From assembly GCA_964016885.1 (NCBI GenBank), contig OZ024764.1, positions 29,016,001 through 29,080,000 on the forward strand: a stretch of DNA of 64,000 nucleotides, in the 5' to 3' direction. The position numbers and the translations under genes were made by a program. This DNA comes from Eledone cirrhosa. Lineage: Eukaryota. The notes beneath the pieces were generated by a model that was given only the letters and a program-made list of their open reading frames with translations, had not been told where the DNA came from and ran no database searches. Shown here piece by piece: positions 22,401 through 36,480 of the stretch. Position 1 is the stretch's first letter; each line of letters opens with the position of its first letter.

Positions 22401-25400
22401 TTTCATCTCGCTCTCTCTCTCCTGTTTCATCTCGCTCTCTCTCTCCTGTTTCATCTCGCTCTCTACTCTCGTTTCCTCTCTCTCGTATCCTCTCTCTCGT
22501 TTCCTCTCTCTCTCGTTTCCTCTAGCTCTCACTCTCTCGTTTCATCTCGCTCTCTCTCTCTCTCATTTCATCTCGCTCTCACTCTCTCGTTTCATCTCGC
22601 TCTAATCTGTCTCGTTTCATTTCGCTCTCTCTCTCTCTCTCGTTTCATCTCGCTCTCTCTGTCTCGTTTCATCTCGCTCTCTCTCTCTCATTTCATCTCG
22701 CTCTCGCTCTCTCATTTCATCTCGCTCTCTCTCTCTCGTTTCATCTCGCTCTCACTCTCTCATTTCATCTCGCTCTCTCTCTCTCGTTTGATCTCGCTCT
22801 CACTCTCTCTTCCTCTCTCTCTCTTGTTTCAACACTCTAATCCCTCATTTGTTTCATCTCTCTCTTATCCCTCACTTGTTTCATCTCTCTCAGAATTATT
22901 AGCCACAGGGGCAGAGATATCCATATCATTACATGTCAGAATTATTAGCCACAGGGGCAGAGATGTCCATAACATTACATGACAGATTTATTAGCCACAG
23001 GGGCAGAGATGTCCATAACATTACATGACGACTTTATTAGCCACAGGGGCAGAGATGTCCATAACATTACATGACAGAATTATTAGCCACAGGGGCAGAG
23101 ATGTCCATAACATTACATGTCAGAATTATTAGCCACAGGGGCAGAGATGTCCATAACATTACATGACAGATTTATTAGCCACAGGGGCAGAGATGTCCAT
23201 AACATTACATGTCAGAATTATTAGCCACAGGGGCAGAGATGTCCATAACATTACATGACAGATTTATTAGCCACAGGGGCAGAGATGTCCATAACATTAC
23301 ATGTCATATTTATTAGCCACAGGGGCAGAGATGTCCATAACATTACATGTCAGAATTATTAGCCACAGGGGCAGAGATGTCCATAACATTACATGACAGA
23401 TTTATTAGCCACAGGGGCAGAGATGTCCATAACATTACATGACAGAATTATTAGCCACAGGGGCAGAGATGTCCATAACATTACATGACAGAATTATTAG
23501 CCACAGGGGCAGAGATTTCCATAACATTACATGACAATTATTAGCCCCAAGGGCAGATATGTCCATAACATTACATGACAGACTTTCATCTCGCGCTCTC
23601 TCTCTCTCGTTTCATCTTGCGCTCTCTCTCTTCCTCTCTCTCGTTTCATCTTGCTCTCTCTCTCGTTTCATCTCGCGTTCTCTCTCTTCCTCTCTCTCGT
23701 TTCATCTCGCTCTCTCTCTCTCTCGTTTCATCTCTGTCTTCCTCTCTCTCGTTCCATCTCTCTCTTCCTCTCTCTCGTTCCATCTCTCTCTTCCTCTCTC
23801 TCGTTTCATCTCTCTCTCTCGTTTCATCTCTATCTCCCTCGTTTCATCTGTCTCTCTCTCTGTCGTTTCATCTCCCTCTATCTCTCTCTCGCTCTCTCGT
23901 TTCATCTCACTCTCCCTCTCGTTTCATCTCGCTCTCTCTCTCCTGTTTCATCTCGCTCTCTCTCTCCTGTTTCATCTCGCTCTCTACTCTCGTTTCCTCT
24001 CTCTCGTATCCTCTCTCTCGTTTCCTCTCTCTCTCGTTTCCTCTCTCTCTCGTTTCCTCTCTCTATCGTTTCCTCTAGCTCTCACTCTCTCGTTTCATCT
24101 CGCTCTCTCTCTCTCATTTCATCTTGCTCTCTCTCTCTCGTTTCATCTCGCTCTAATCTGTCTCGTTTCATTTCGCTCTCTCTCTCTCGTTTCACCTCGC
24201 TCTCTCTGTCTCGTTTCATCTCGCTCTCTCTCTCTCATTTCATCTCGCTCTCTCTCTCTCATTTCATCTCGCTCTCTCTCTCTCGTTTCATCTCGCTCTC
24301 ACTCTCTCATTTCATCTCGCTCTCTCTCTCTCGTTTGATCTCGCTCTCACTCTCTCTTCCTCTCTCTCTCTTGTTTCAACACTCTAATCCCTCACTTGTT
24401 TCATCTCTCTCTTATCCCTCACTTGTTTCATCTCTCTCAGAATTATTAGCCACAGGGGCAGAGATATCCATAACATTACATGTCAGAATTATTAGCCACA
24501 GGGGAAGAGATGTCCAAAACATTACATGACAGATTTATTAGCCACAGGGGCAGAGATGTCCATAACATTACATGACGAATTTATTAGCCACAGGGGCAGA
24601 GATGTCCATAACATTACATGACAGAATTATTAGCCACAGGGGCAGAGATGTCCATAACATTACATGACATAATTATTAGCCACAGGGACAGAGGTGTCCA
24701 TAACATTACATGACAGAATTATTTGCCACAGGGGCAGAGATGTACATATCATTACATGACAATTATTAGCCCCAAGGGTAGATATGTCCATAACATTACA
24801 TGACAATTATTAGCCCCAAGGGCAGATATGTCCATAACATTACATGACAGACTTTCATCTCGCGCTCTCTCTCTTCCTCTCTCTCGTTTCATCTCGCTCT
24901 CTCTCTCTCGTTTCATCTCGCTCTCTCTCTCTCGTTTGATCTCGCGCTCTCTCTCTTCCTCTCTCTCGTTTCATCTCGCTCTCTCTCTCTCTCGTTTCAT
25001 ATCTGTCTTCCTCTCTCTCGTTCCATCTCTCTATTCCTCTCTCTCTCGTTTCATCTAGCTATCACTCTCTCGTTTCATCTCCCTCTATCTCTCTCTCGCT
25101 CTCTCGTTTCATCTCTCCCTCCCTCTCGTTTCATCTCGCTCTCTCTCTCCGGTTTCATCTCGCTCTCTCTCTCTCCTGTTTCATCTTGCTCTCTACTCTC
25201 GTTTCCTCTCTCTCGTTTCCTCTCTCTCGTTTCCTCTCTCTCTCGTTTCCTCTCTCTCTCGTTTCATCTAGCTCTCACTCTCTCGTTTCATCTCGCTCTC
25301 TCTGACTCGTTCCATCTCGCTCTCACTCTCTCGTTTCATCTCGCTCTCTCTCTCTCATTTCATCTCGCTCTCTCTCTCTCATTTCATCTCGATCTCTCTG

Positions 25401-28400
25401 TCTCGTTTCATCCCGCTCTCTCTGTCTCGTTTCATCTCGCTCTCTCTCTCTCATTTCATCTCGCTCTCTCTCTGTCATTTCATCTCGCTCTCTCTCACTC
25501 TCTCGTTTCATCTCACTCTCAATCTCTCATTTCATCTCGCTCTCTCTCTCTCATTTCATCTCGCGCTCTCTCTCTCTTCCTCTCTCTCGTTTCATCTCGC
25601 GCTCTCTCTCTTCCTCTCTCTCGTTTCATCTCGCTCTCTCTCTCTCTCTCGTTTCATCTTGCGCTCTCTCTCTTCCTCTCTCTCGTTTCATCTCGATCTC
25701 TCTCTGTCTCGTTTCATCTCTGTCTGCCTCTCGCTCGTTCCATCTCTCTCTTCCTCTCTCTCGTTCCATCTCTCTCTTCCTCTCTCTCGTTTCATCTCTC
25801 TCTCTCGTTTCATCTTGCTCTCTCTCTCTCTCGTTTCATCTCTGTCTTCCTCTCTCTCGTTCCATCTCTCCCTTCCTCTCTCTCGTTCCATCTCTCTCTT
25901 CCTCTCTCTCGTTTCATCTCTCTCTCTCGTTTCATCTCTATCTCCCTCGTTTCATCTGTCTCTCTCTCTGTCGTTTCATCTCCCTCTATCTCTCTCTCGC
26001 TCTCTCGTTTCATCTCTCTCTCCCTCTCGTTTCATCTCGCTCTCTCTCTCCTGTTTCATCTCGCTCTCTCTCTCCTGTTTCATCTCGCTCTCTACTCTCG
26101 TTTCCTCTCTCTCGTTTCGTCTCTCTCGTTTCCTCTCTCTCTCGTTTCATCTAGCTCTCCCACTCTCGTTTCATCTCGCTCTCTCTGTCTCGTTCCATCT
26201 CGCTCTCACTCTCTCGTTTCATCTCGCTCTCTCTCTCTCATTTCATCTCGCTCTCTCTCTCTCATTTCATCTCGCTCTCTCTCTCTCTCGTTTCATCTCG
26301 CTCTCGCTCTCTCTGTCTCGTTTCATCCCGCTCTCTCTGTCTCGTTTCATCTCGCTCTCTCTCTCTCATTTCATCTCGCTCTCTCTCTCTCATTTCATCT
26401 CGCTCTCTCTCTCTCTCTCGTTTCATCTCGCTCTCACTCTCTCATTTCATCTCGCTCTCTCTCGTTTGATTTCGCTCTCACTCTCTCTTCCTCTCTCTCT
26501 CTCTTGTTTCAACACTCTAATCCCTCACTTGTTTCATCTCTCTCTAATCCCTCACTTGTTTCATCTCTCTCAGAATTATTAGCCACAGGGGCAGAGATGT
26601 CCATAACATTACATGACAGATTTATTAGCCACAGGGGCAGAGATGTCCATAACATTACATGACAGAATTATTAGCCACAGGGGCAGAGATGTCCATAACA
26701 TTACATGACAGAATTATTAGCCACAGGGGCAGAGATTTCCATAACATTACATGACAATTATTAGCCCCAAGGGCAGATATGTCCATAACATTACATGACA
26801 GACTTTCATCTCGCGCTCTCTCTCTCTCGTTTCATCTTGCGCTCTCTCTCTTCCTCTCTCTCGTTTCATCTTGCTCTCTCTCTCGTTTCATCTCGCGTTC
26901 TCTCTCTTCCTCTCTCTCGTTTCATCTCGCTCTCTCTCTCTCTCGTTTCATCTCTGTCTTCCTCTCTCTCGTTCCATCTCTCTCTTCCTCTCTCTCGTTC
27001 CATCTCTCTCTTCCTCTCTCTCGTTTCATCTCTCTCTCTCGTTTCATCTCTATCTCCCTCGTTTCATCTGTCTCTCTCTCTGTCGTTTCATCTCCCTCTA
27101 TCTCTCTCTCGCTCTCTCGTTTCATCTCACTCTCCCTCTCGTTTCATCTCGCTCTCTCTCTCCTGTTTCATCTCGCTCTCTCTCTCCTGTTTCATCTCGC
27201 TCTCTACTCTCGTTTCCTCTCTCTCGTATCCTCTCTCTCGTTTCCTCTCTCTCTCGTTTCCTCTCTCTCTCGTTTCCTCTCTCTATCGTTTCCTCTAGCT
27301 CTCACTCTCTCGTTTCATCTCGCTCTCTCTCTCTCATTTCATCTTGCTCTCTCTCTCTCGTTTCATCTCGCTCTAATCTGTCTCGTTTCATTTCGCTCTC
27401 TCTCTCTCGTTTCACCTCGCTCTCTCTGTCTCGTTTCATCTCGCTCTCTCTCTCTCATTTCATCTCGCTCTCTCTCTCTCATTTCATCTCGCTCTCTCTC
27501 TCTCGTTTCATCTCGCTCTCACTCTCTCATTTCATCTCGCTCTCTCTCTCTCGTTTGATCTCGCTCTCACTCTCTCTTCCTCTCTCTCTCTTGTTTCAAC
27601 ACTCTAATCCCTCACTTGTTTCATCTCTCTCTTATCCCTCACTTGTTTCATCTCTCTCAGAATTATTAGCCACAGGGGCAGAGATATCCATAACATTACA
27701 TGTCAGAATTATTAGCCACAGGGGAAGAGATGTCCAAAACATTACATGACAGATTTATTAGCCACAGGGGCAGAGATGTCCATAACATTACATGACGAAT
27801 TTATTAGCCACAGGGGCAGAGATGTCCATAACATTACATGACAGAATTATTAGCCACAGGGGCAGAGATGTCCATAACATTACATGACATAATTATTAGC
27901 CACAGGGACAGAGGTGTCCATAACATTACATGACAGAATTATTTGCCACAGGGGCAGAGATGTACATATCATTACATGACAATTATTAGCCCCAAGGGTA
28001 GATATGTCCATAACATTACATGACAATTATTAGCCCCAAGGGCAGATATGTCCATAACATTACATGACAGACTTTCATCTCGCGCTCTCTCTCTTCCTCT
28101 CTCTCGTTTCATCTCGCTCTCTCTCTCTCGTTTCATCTCGCTCTCTCTCTCTCGTTTGATCTCGCGCTCTCTCTCTTCCTCTCTCTCGTTTCATCTCGCT
28201 CTCTCTCTCTCTCGTTTCATATCTGTCTTCCTCTCTCTCGTTCCATCTCTCTATTCCTCTCTCTCTCGTTTCATCTAGCTATCACTCTCTCGTTTCATCT
28301 CCCTCTATCTCTCTCTCGCTCTCTCGTTTCATCTCTCCCTCCCTCTCGTTTCATCTCGCTCTCTCTCTCCGGTTTCATCTCGCTCTCTCTCTCTCCTGTT

Positions 28401-31400
28401 TCATCTTGCTCTCTACTCTCGTTTCCTCTCTCTCGTTTCCTCTCTCTCGTTTCCTCTCTCTCTCGTTTCCTCTCTCTCTCGTTTCATCTAGCTCTCACTC
28501 TCTCGTTTCATCTCGCTCTCTCTGACTCGTTCCATCTCGCTCTCACTCTCTCGTTTCATCTCGCTCTCTCTCTCTCATTTCATCTCGCTCTCTCTCTCTC
28601 ATTTCATCTCGATCTCTCTGTCTCGTTTCATCCCGCTCTCTCTGTCTCGTTTCATCTCGCTCTCTCTCTCTCATTTCATCTCGCTCTCTCTCTGTCATTT
28701 CATCTCGCTCTCTCTCACTCTCTCGTTTCATCTCACTCTCAATCTCTCATTTCATCTCGCTCTCTCTCTCTCATTTCATCTCGCGCTCTCTCTCTCTTCC
28801 TCTCTCTCGTTTCATCTCGCGCTCTCTCTCTTCCTCTCTCTCGTTTCATCTCGCTCTCTCTCTCTCTCTCGTTTCATCTTGCGCTCTCTCTCTTCCTCTC
28901 TCTCGTTTCATCTCGATCTCTCTCTGTCTCGTTTCATCTCTGTCTGCCTCTCGCTCGTTCCATCTCTCTCTTCCTCTCTCTCGTTCCATCTCTCTCTTCC
29001 TCTCTCTCGTTTCATCTCTCTCTCTCGTTTCATCTTGCTCTCTCTCTCTCTCGTTTCATCTCTGTCTTCCTCTCTCTCGTTCCATCTCTCCCTTCCTCTC
29101 TCTCGTTCCATCTCTCTCTTCCTCTCTCTCGTTTCATCTCTCTCTCTCGTTTCATCTCTATCTCCCTCGTTTCATCTGTCTCTCTCTCTGTCGTTTCATC
29201 TCCCTCTATCTCTCTCTCGCTCTCTCGTTTCATCTCTCTCTCCCTCTCGTTTCATCTCGCTCTCTCTCTCCTGTTTCATCTCGCTCTCTCTCTCCTGTTT
29301 CATCTCGCTCTCTACTCTCGTTTCCTCTCTCTCGTTTCGTCTCTCTCGTTTCCTCTCTCTCTCGTTTCATCTAGCTCTCCCACTCTCGTTTCATCTCGCT
29401 CTCTCTGTCTCGTTCCATCTCGCTCTCACTCTCTCGTTTCATCTCGCTCTCTCTCTCTCATTTCATCTCGCTCTCTCTCTCTCATTTCATCTCGCTCTCT
29501 CTCTCTCTCGTTTCATCTCGCTCTCGCTCTCTCTGTCTCGTTTCATCCCGCTCTCTCTGTCTCGTTTCATCTCGCTCTCTCTCTCTCATTTCATCTCGCT
29601 CTCTCTCTCTCATTTCATCTCGCTCTCTCTCTCTCTCTCGTTTCATCTCGCTCTCACTCTCTCATTTCATCTCGCTCTCTCTCGTTTGATTTCGCTCTCA
29701 CTCTCTCTTCCTCTCTCTCTCTCTTGTTTCAACACTCTAATCCCTCACTTGTTTCATCTCTCTCTAATCCCTCACTTGTTTCATCTCTCTCAGAATTATT
29801 AGCCACAGGGGCAGAGATGTCCATAACATTACATGTCAGAATTATTAGCCACAGGGGCAGAGATGTCCATAACATTACATGACAGATTTATTAGCCACAG
29901 GGGCAGAGATGTCCATAACATTACATGTCATATTTATTAGCCACAGGGGCAGAGATGTCCATAACATTACATGTCAGAATTATTAGCCACAGGGGCAGAG
30001 ATGTCCATAACATTACATGACAGATTTATTAGCCACAGGGGCAGAGATGTCCATAACATTACATGACAGAATTATTAGCCACAAGGGCAGAGATGTCCAT
30101 AACATTACATGAAAGAATTATTAGCCACAGAGGCAGAGATTTCCATAACATTACATGACAATTATTAGCCCCAAGGGCAGATATGTCCATAACATTACAT
30201 GACAGACTTTCATCTCGCGCTCTCTCTCTCGTTTCATCTTGCGCTCTCTCTCTTCCTCTCTCTCGTTTCATCTTGCTCTCTCTCTCTCTCGTTTCATCTC
30301 GCGTTCTCTCTTCCTCTCTCTCGTTTCATCTCGCTCTCTCTCTCTCTCGTTTCATCTCTGTCTTCCTCTCTCTCGTTCCATCTCTCTCTTCCTCTCTCTC
30401 GTTCCATCTCTCTCTTCCTCTCTCTCGTTTCATATCTCTCTCTCGTTTCATCTCTATCTCCCTCGTTTCATCTGTCTCTCTCTCTGTCGTTTCATCTCCC
30501 TCTATCTCTCTTTCGCTCTCTCGTTTCATCTCTCTCTCCCTCTCGTTTCATCTCGCTCTCTCTCTCCTGTTTCAGCTCGCTCTCTCTCTCCTGTTTCATC
30601 TCGCTCTCTACTCTCGTTTCCTCTCTCTCGTATCCTCTCTCTCGTTTCCTCTCTCTCTCGTTTCCTCTAGCTCTCACTCTCTCGTTTCATCTCGCTCTCT
30701 CTCTCTCATTTCATCTCGCTCTCTCTCTCTCGTTTCATCTCGCTCTAATCTGTCTCGTTTCATTTCGCTCTCTCTCTCTCTCGTTTCATCTCGCTCTCTC
30801 TGTCTCGTTTCATCTCGCTCTCTCTCTCTCATTTCATCTCGCTCTCGCTCTCTCACTTCATCTCGCTCTCTCTCTCTCGTTTCATCTCGCTCTCACTCTC
30901 TCATTTCATCTCGCTCTCTCTCTCTCGTTTGATCTCGCTCTCACTCTCTCTTCCTCTCTTTCTCTTGTTTCAACACTCTAATCCCTCATTTGTTTCATCT
31001 CTCTCTTATCCCTCACTTGTTTCATCTCTCTCAGAATTATTAGCCACAGGGGCAGAGATATCCATAACATTACATGTCAGAATTATTAGCCACAGGGGCA
31101 GAGATGTCCATAACATTACATGACAGATTTATTAGCCACAGGGGCAGAGATGTCCATAACATTACATGACGAATTTATTAGCCACAGGGGCAGAGATGTC
31201 CATAACATTACATGACAGAATTATTAGCCACAGGGGCAGAGATGTCCATAACATTACATGACATAATTATTAGCCACAGGGACAGAGATGTCCATAACAT
31301 TACATGACAGAATTATTTGCCACAGGGGCAGAGATGTACATAACATTACATGACAATTATTAGCCCCAAGGGTAGATATGTCCATAACATTACATGACAA

Positions 31401-34400
31401 TTATTAGCCCCAAGGGCAGATATGTCCATAACATTACATGACAGACTTTCATCTCGCGCTCTCTCTCTTCCTCTCTCTCGTTTCATCTCGCTCTCTCTCT
31501 CTCTCGTTTCATATCTGTCTTCCTCTCTCTCGTTCCATCTCTCTATTCCTCTCTCTCTCGTTTCATCTAGCTATCACTCTCTCGTTTCATCTCCCTCTAT
31601 CTCTCTCTCGCTCTCTCGTTTCATCTCTCCCTCCCTCTCGTTTCATCTCGCTCTCTCTCTCCGGTTTCATCTCGCTCTCTCTCTCTCCTGTTTCATCTTG
31701 CTCTCTACTCTCGTTTCCTCTCTCTCGTTTCCTCTCTCTCGTTTCCTCTCTCTCTCGTTTCCTCTCTCTCTCGTTTCATCTAGCTCTCACTCTCTCGTTT
31801 CATTTCGCTCTCTCTGACTCGTTCCATCTCGCTCTCACTCTCTCGTTTCATCTCGCTCTCTCTCTCTCATTTCATCTCGCTCTCTCTCTCTCATTTCATC
31901 TCGATCTCTCTGTCTCGTTTCATCCCGCTCTCTCTGTCTCGTTTCATCTCGCTCTCTCTCTCTCATTTCATCTCGCTCTCTCTCTCTCATTTCATCTCGC
32001 TCTCTCTCACTCTCTCGTTTCATCTCACTCTCAATCTCTCATTTCATCTCGCTCTCTCTCTCTCATTTCATCTCGCGCTCTCTCTCTCTTCCTCTCTCTC
32101 GTTTCATCTCGCGCTCTCTCTCTTCCTCTCTCTCGTTTCATCTCGCTCTCTATCTCTCTCTCGTTTCATCTTGCGCTCTCTCTCTTCCTCTCTCTCGTTT
32201 CATCTCGATCTCTCTCTGTCTCGTTTCATCTCTGTCTTCCTCTCGCTCGTTCCATCTCTCTCTTCCTCTCTCTCGTTCCATCTCTCTCTTCCTCTCTCTC
32301 GTTTCATCTCTCTCTCTCGTTTCATCTTGCTCTCTCTCTCTCTCTCGTTTCATCTCTGTCTTCCTCTCTCTCGTTCCATCTCTCTCTTCCTCTCTCTCGT
32401 TCCATCTCTCTCTTCCTCTCTCTCGTTTCATCTCTCTCTCTCGTTTCATCTCTATCTCCCTCGTTTCATCTGTCTCTCTCTCTGTCGTTTCATCTCCCTC
32501 TATCTCTCTCTCGCTCTCTCGTTTCATCTCTCTCTCCCTCTCGTTTCATCTCGCTCTCTCGCTCCTGTTTCATCTCGCTCTCTCTCTCCTGTTTCATCTC
32601 GCTCTCTACTCTCGTTTCCTCTCTCTCGTTTCGTCTTTCTCATTTCCTCTCTCTCTCGTTTCATCTAGCTCTCCCACTCTCGTTTCATCTCGCTCTCTCT
32701 GTCTCGTTCCATCTCGCTCTCACTCTCTCGTTTCATCTCGCTCTCTCTCTCTCTCATTTCATCTCGCTCTCTCTCTCTCTCATTTCATCTCGCTCTCTCT
32801 CTCTCGTTTCATCTCGCTCTCTCTGTCTCGTTTCATCTCGCTCTCGCTCTCTCTGTCTCGTTTCATCCCGCTCTCTCTGTCTCGTTTCATCTCGCTCTCT
32901 CTCTCTCATTTCATCTCGCTCTCTCTCTCTCATTTCATCTCGCTCTCTCTCTCTCTCTCTCGTTTCATCTCGCTCTCACTCTCTCATTTCATCTCGCTCT
33001 CTCTCGTTTGATTTCGCTCTCACTCTCTCTTCCTCTCTCTCTCTTGTTTCAACACTCTAATCCCTCACTTGTTTCATCTCTCTCTAATCCCTCACTTGTT
33101 TCATCTCTCTCAGAATTATTAGCCACAGGGGCAGAGATGTCCATAACATTACATGTCAGAATTATTAGCCACAGGGGCAGAGATGTCCATAACATTACAT
33201 GTCAGAATTATTAGCCACAGGGGCAGAGATGTCCATAACATTACATGACAGATTTATTAGCCACAGGGGCAGAGATGTCCATAACATTACATGACGAATT
33301 TATTAGCCACAGGGGCAGAGATGTCCATAACATTACATGTCAGAATTATTAGCTACAGGGGCAGAGATGTCCATAACATTACATGTCAGAATTATTAGCC
33401 ACAGGGGCAGAGATGTCCATAACATTACATGACAGATTTATTAGCCACAGGGGCAGAGATGTCCGTAACATCAAATGACAGATTTATTAGCCACAGGGGC
33501 AGAGATTCCATAACATTACATGTCAGAATTATTAGCCACAGGGGCAGAGATTTCCATAACATTACATGACAGAATTATTAGCCACAGGGGCAGAGATGTC
33601 CATAACATTACATGACAGAATTATTAGCCACAGGGGCAGAGATGTCCATAACATTACATGACAATTATTAGCCCCAGGGTCAGATATGTCCATGACAGAG
33701 TTTCATCTCTCGCTCTCTCTCTTCCTCTCTCTCGTTTCATCTCGCTCTCTCTCTCGTTTCATCTCGCTCTCTCTCTCGTTTCACCTCTGTCTTCTTCTCT
33801 CTCGTTTCATCTCTCTCTTCCTCTCTCTCTTCCTCTCTCTCGTTTCATCTCTCTCTCTCGTTTCATCTCTATATCCCTCGTTTCATCTGTCTCTCTCTCT
33901 GACGTTTCATTTCCCTCTATCTCTCTCTCGCTCTCGTTTCATCTCTCTCTCCCTCTCGTTTCATCTCGCTCTCTCGCTCCTGTTTCATCTCGCTCTCTAC
34001 TCACGTTTCCTCTCTCTCGTTTCCTCTCTTTCTCGTTTCATCTCTCTCTCATTTCATCTCTCTATGTCTCATTTCATCTCGCTCTCTCTCTCTCTCATTT
34101 CATCTCGTTCTCTCTCTCTCTCAATTCATCTCGCTCTCACTCTCTCGTTTCATCTCGCTCTCTCACTCTCGTTTCATCTCGCACTCTCTCTCTCGTTTCA
34201 TCTCTCTCTCTCACTCTCTCTCTCTCATTTCATCTCGCTCTCTGTCTCGTGTCATCTCGCTCTCTCTGTCTCTCGTTTCATCTCGCTCTCACTCTCTCGT
34301 TTCATCTCACTCTAACTCTCTCATTTCATCTCGCTCTCCCTGTCTCGTTTCATCTCGCTCCCACTCTCTCATTTCATCTCACTCTCTTTCTCTCATTTCA

Positions 34401-34494
34401 TCTCGCTCTCTCTCTCTTGTTTCAACACTCTAATCCCTCACTTGTTTCATCTCTCTCTAATCCCTCACTTGTTTCATCTCTCTCTTGTTTCAAT

Positions 34495-34529
<35 letters not shown>

Positions 34530-34810
34530 ATCCCCTCTCTCTTTCTCTCCCCTCTCTCTGTTGTTTCATCCCCTTCTCTCCCCCTCTCTCTCTTCCCCTC
34601 TATCTCTATTCCTCTCTCTCATCCCCTCTCTCTCTCTTCCTCTCTCTCTCTCTTCCTCTCTCCCCTCACCCTCTTGTTTCAACTCTCTCCTCGTTTCAAC
34701 TCTCTCTCTCTCCTCTCGTTTCAACTCTCTCTCTCTCCTCGTGTTTCAACCATCTCCTCTCTTGTTTCAACTCTCTCACCTCTCGTTTCAACTCTCTCTC
34801 TCTGTGTCTC
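19471..34810 (-). repeat. Higher-order satellite, right arm (opposite polarity), 9 CT-rich blocks
   Basis: Reverse-complement monomers. CT blocks start at ~19978, 21235, 23582, 24851, 26802, 28071, 30206, 31445 and 33690, alternating short and long. Confidence 0.97.
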
Positions 34811-34999
34811 CAATGTGTATACCGATATATATACCGAAGAATGTACATAAACACACATGCATACACGCATGTGTATATATATATACATACATGTGTCTCT
34901 CTCTCTCCCTATATATATGTACATATGTGTAAATATGTACATACATATTAGTGTATATATATTGCTATCTATATGCATATTTGTATAATTATACTGTAT

Positions 35000-35170
35000 G
35001 GTGAATTGGCAGTATCGGTAGAGGGTCTGACGCCATGCTTTCCAGCATAGTTACGTCCCTTTACGATCCGAGGTCAACTTTGCCTTTCATCCTTACGGGG
35101 TCGATAAAATAAAGTACCAGTAATGTACTGGTTAATTACTGACCTTGTGCCTAAAATAGAAACAATTATT
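35000..35170 (+). mobile_element. Second SINE of the same family (B box deleted), inside the satellite-bearing insertion
   Basis: ggtgaattggcagtatcggtagag...gtcaactttgcctttcatccttacggggtcgataaaataaagtacc...ccttgtgcc. Confidence 0.82.
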
Positions 35171-35737
35171 AGTTCAAAGAGAAACCACCATCATAGAGAA
35201 ACCACCATCCTACCTGAAATATTATGTTATCATATTAAATATTTCTTATACTGTCATGTTTTTTCTTTAAAACGATTGCATTTCAATAAAGTGAAGAAAA
35301 CTATTATATACTGTTGTTATATCATTATACTTTAGTTTTAACTTATTATTTCTATGTGTATAAATATAATGTATGTAAGTGTGTTTGAAAATATATAATA
35401 ATAATATGCATGTTTGAAGCAGGGTTCAACTGAAATATCTACACCGGTAACTTAATTAGTGTTACACCTTAGGCATAAACTATTTGGCATTCTTTGAAGG
35501 AGGTACTAGGTTTTTCACTGTCTTAAATGGAGTATACACGCGCACACAATGCATATATATAAATTGTTTTTCTCTGTACAAAGAGATTGACATCATTTCT
35601 TAAATCATTATTTAGGGTTTTACAACAAAACATATTGTATGTGTAATTATACAAATTGAATTTAAGTATTTATTTTAAAATTTTACATACTCTTTAGTAG
35701 TATATATATATATATATATATATATATTCATTTGTGA

Positions 35738-36480
35738 TGCCATGCATTGTATTGTACACTTCGACATATGAATTACATTCATGCAACACTTCTCTTATCA
35801 TAGCCATTTTTTGTGGTGAGCAGTCATTATTTGTTGGTACTAGGGCAGTGGATTGGCAGTATCGGTAGAGCGCCAGACACCATGCTTTACAGCATAGGGT
35901 TATGTCCCTTTACGTTCTGGGTTCAAATCCCTCCAAGGTTGACTTTGTTTTCATCCTTATTAGGTCGATAGAATAAAGTACCAGTAATTGCTGGCCTTGT
36001 GCTAGAAACAATTATTTGGACGTACTTCCAATCTGTGCTACATACCTTCGTTCCCATCAATAATATATAACTGGCCATATTGTGGTGTATTTTCTGCAGG
36101 TTACAGAGATGGGGGTGTAGTGATATGTTTGACCCTGAATATGAAAGCTATACGGGCCTCTGCCGGGTGGTAACACCAAATGAAGTGAAATAAATGTAGT
36201 TTTAATTGCAGATGTTTCTGTGAAATCAACTGCTTCCTGGCCTCTTTCAAAGAGATTTCTCAGTCTCTCAGGGTATATTTGCAATGGTGGCAACACAACC
36301 TTTCCTTTATTACAACAGTTACAATTTTCATTTCTAAATTTCAAAGCTCCACAGTGATCACACGAAACATTCATATCACTAATATGAAATTCTTCTAGAT
36401 TTCCATTAATATTAATTGTTGGCCAATTTCTCTTACAACGCTCATTATCCATTCTTCTCTGTCTGAATGTTTTCCATTCT
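35738..36480 (-). pseudogene. 5' part of the Helitron RepHel gene (zinc finger to NPYV region), partial copy
   Basis: ORF 36057..36452 is near-identical to 9030..9467 and resumes at the same gatgcc insertion junction as 49965. Confidence 0.9.
35843..36010 (+). mobile_element. Same SINE insertion, duplicated with the unit
   Basis: Near-identical to 8816-8983 with the same flanks. Confidence 0.85.

Noticed and set aside
9647-34810. CRISPR-like appearance of conserved 46 bp repeats separated by other sequence
   Set aside because: The monomers are head-to-tail with no unique spacers, the intervening blocks are repetitive and variable in length, there are no cas genes, and the context is eukaryotic.
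9750-34978. Dozens of long Ser/Leu-rich or Arg/Glu-rich ORFs (up to 540 aa)
   Set aside because: Translations of CT/GA repeats that lack stop codons; open in several frames and on both strands, with no domain content.
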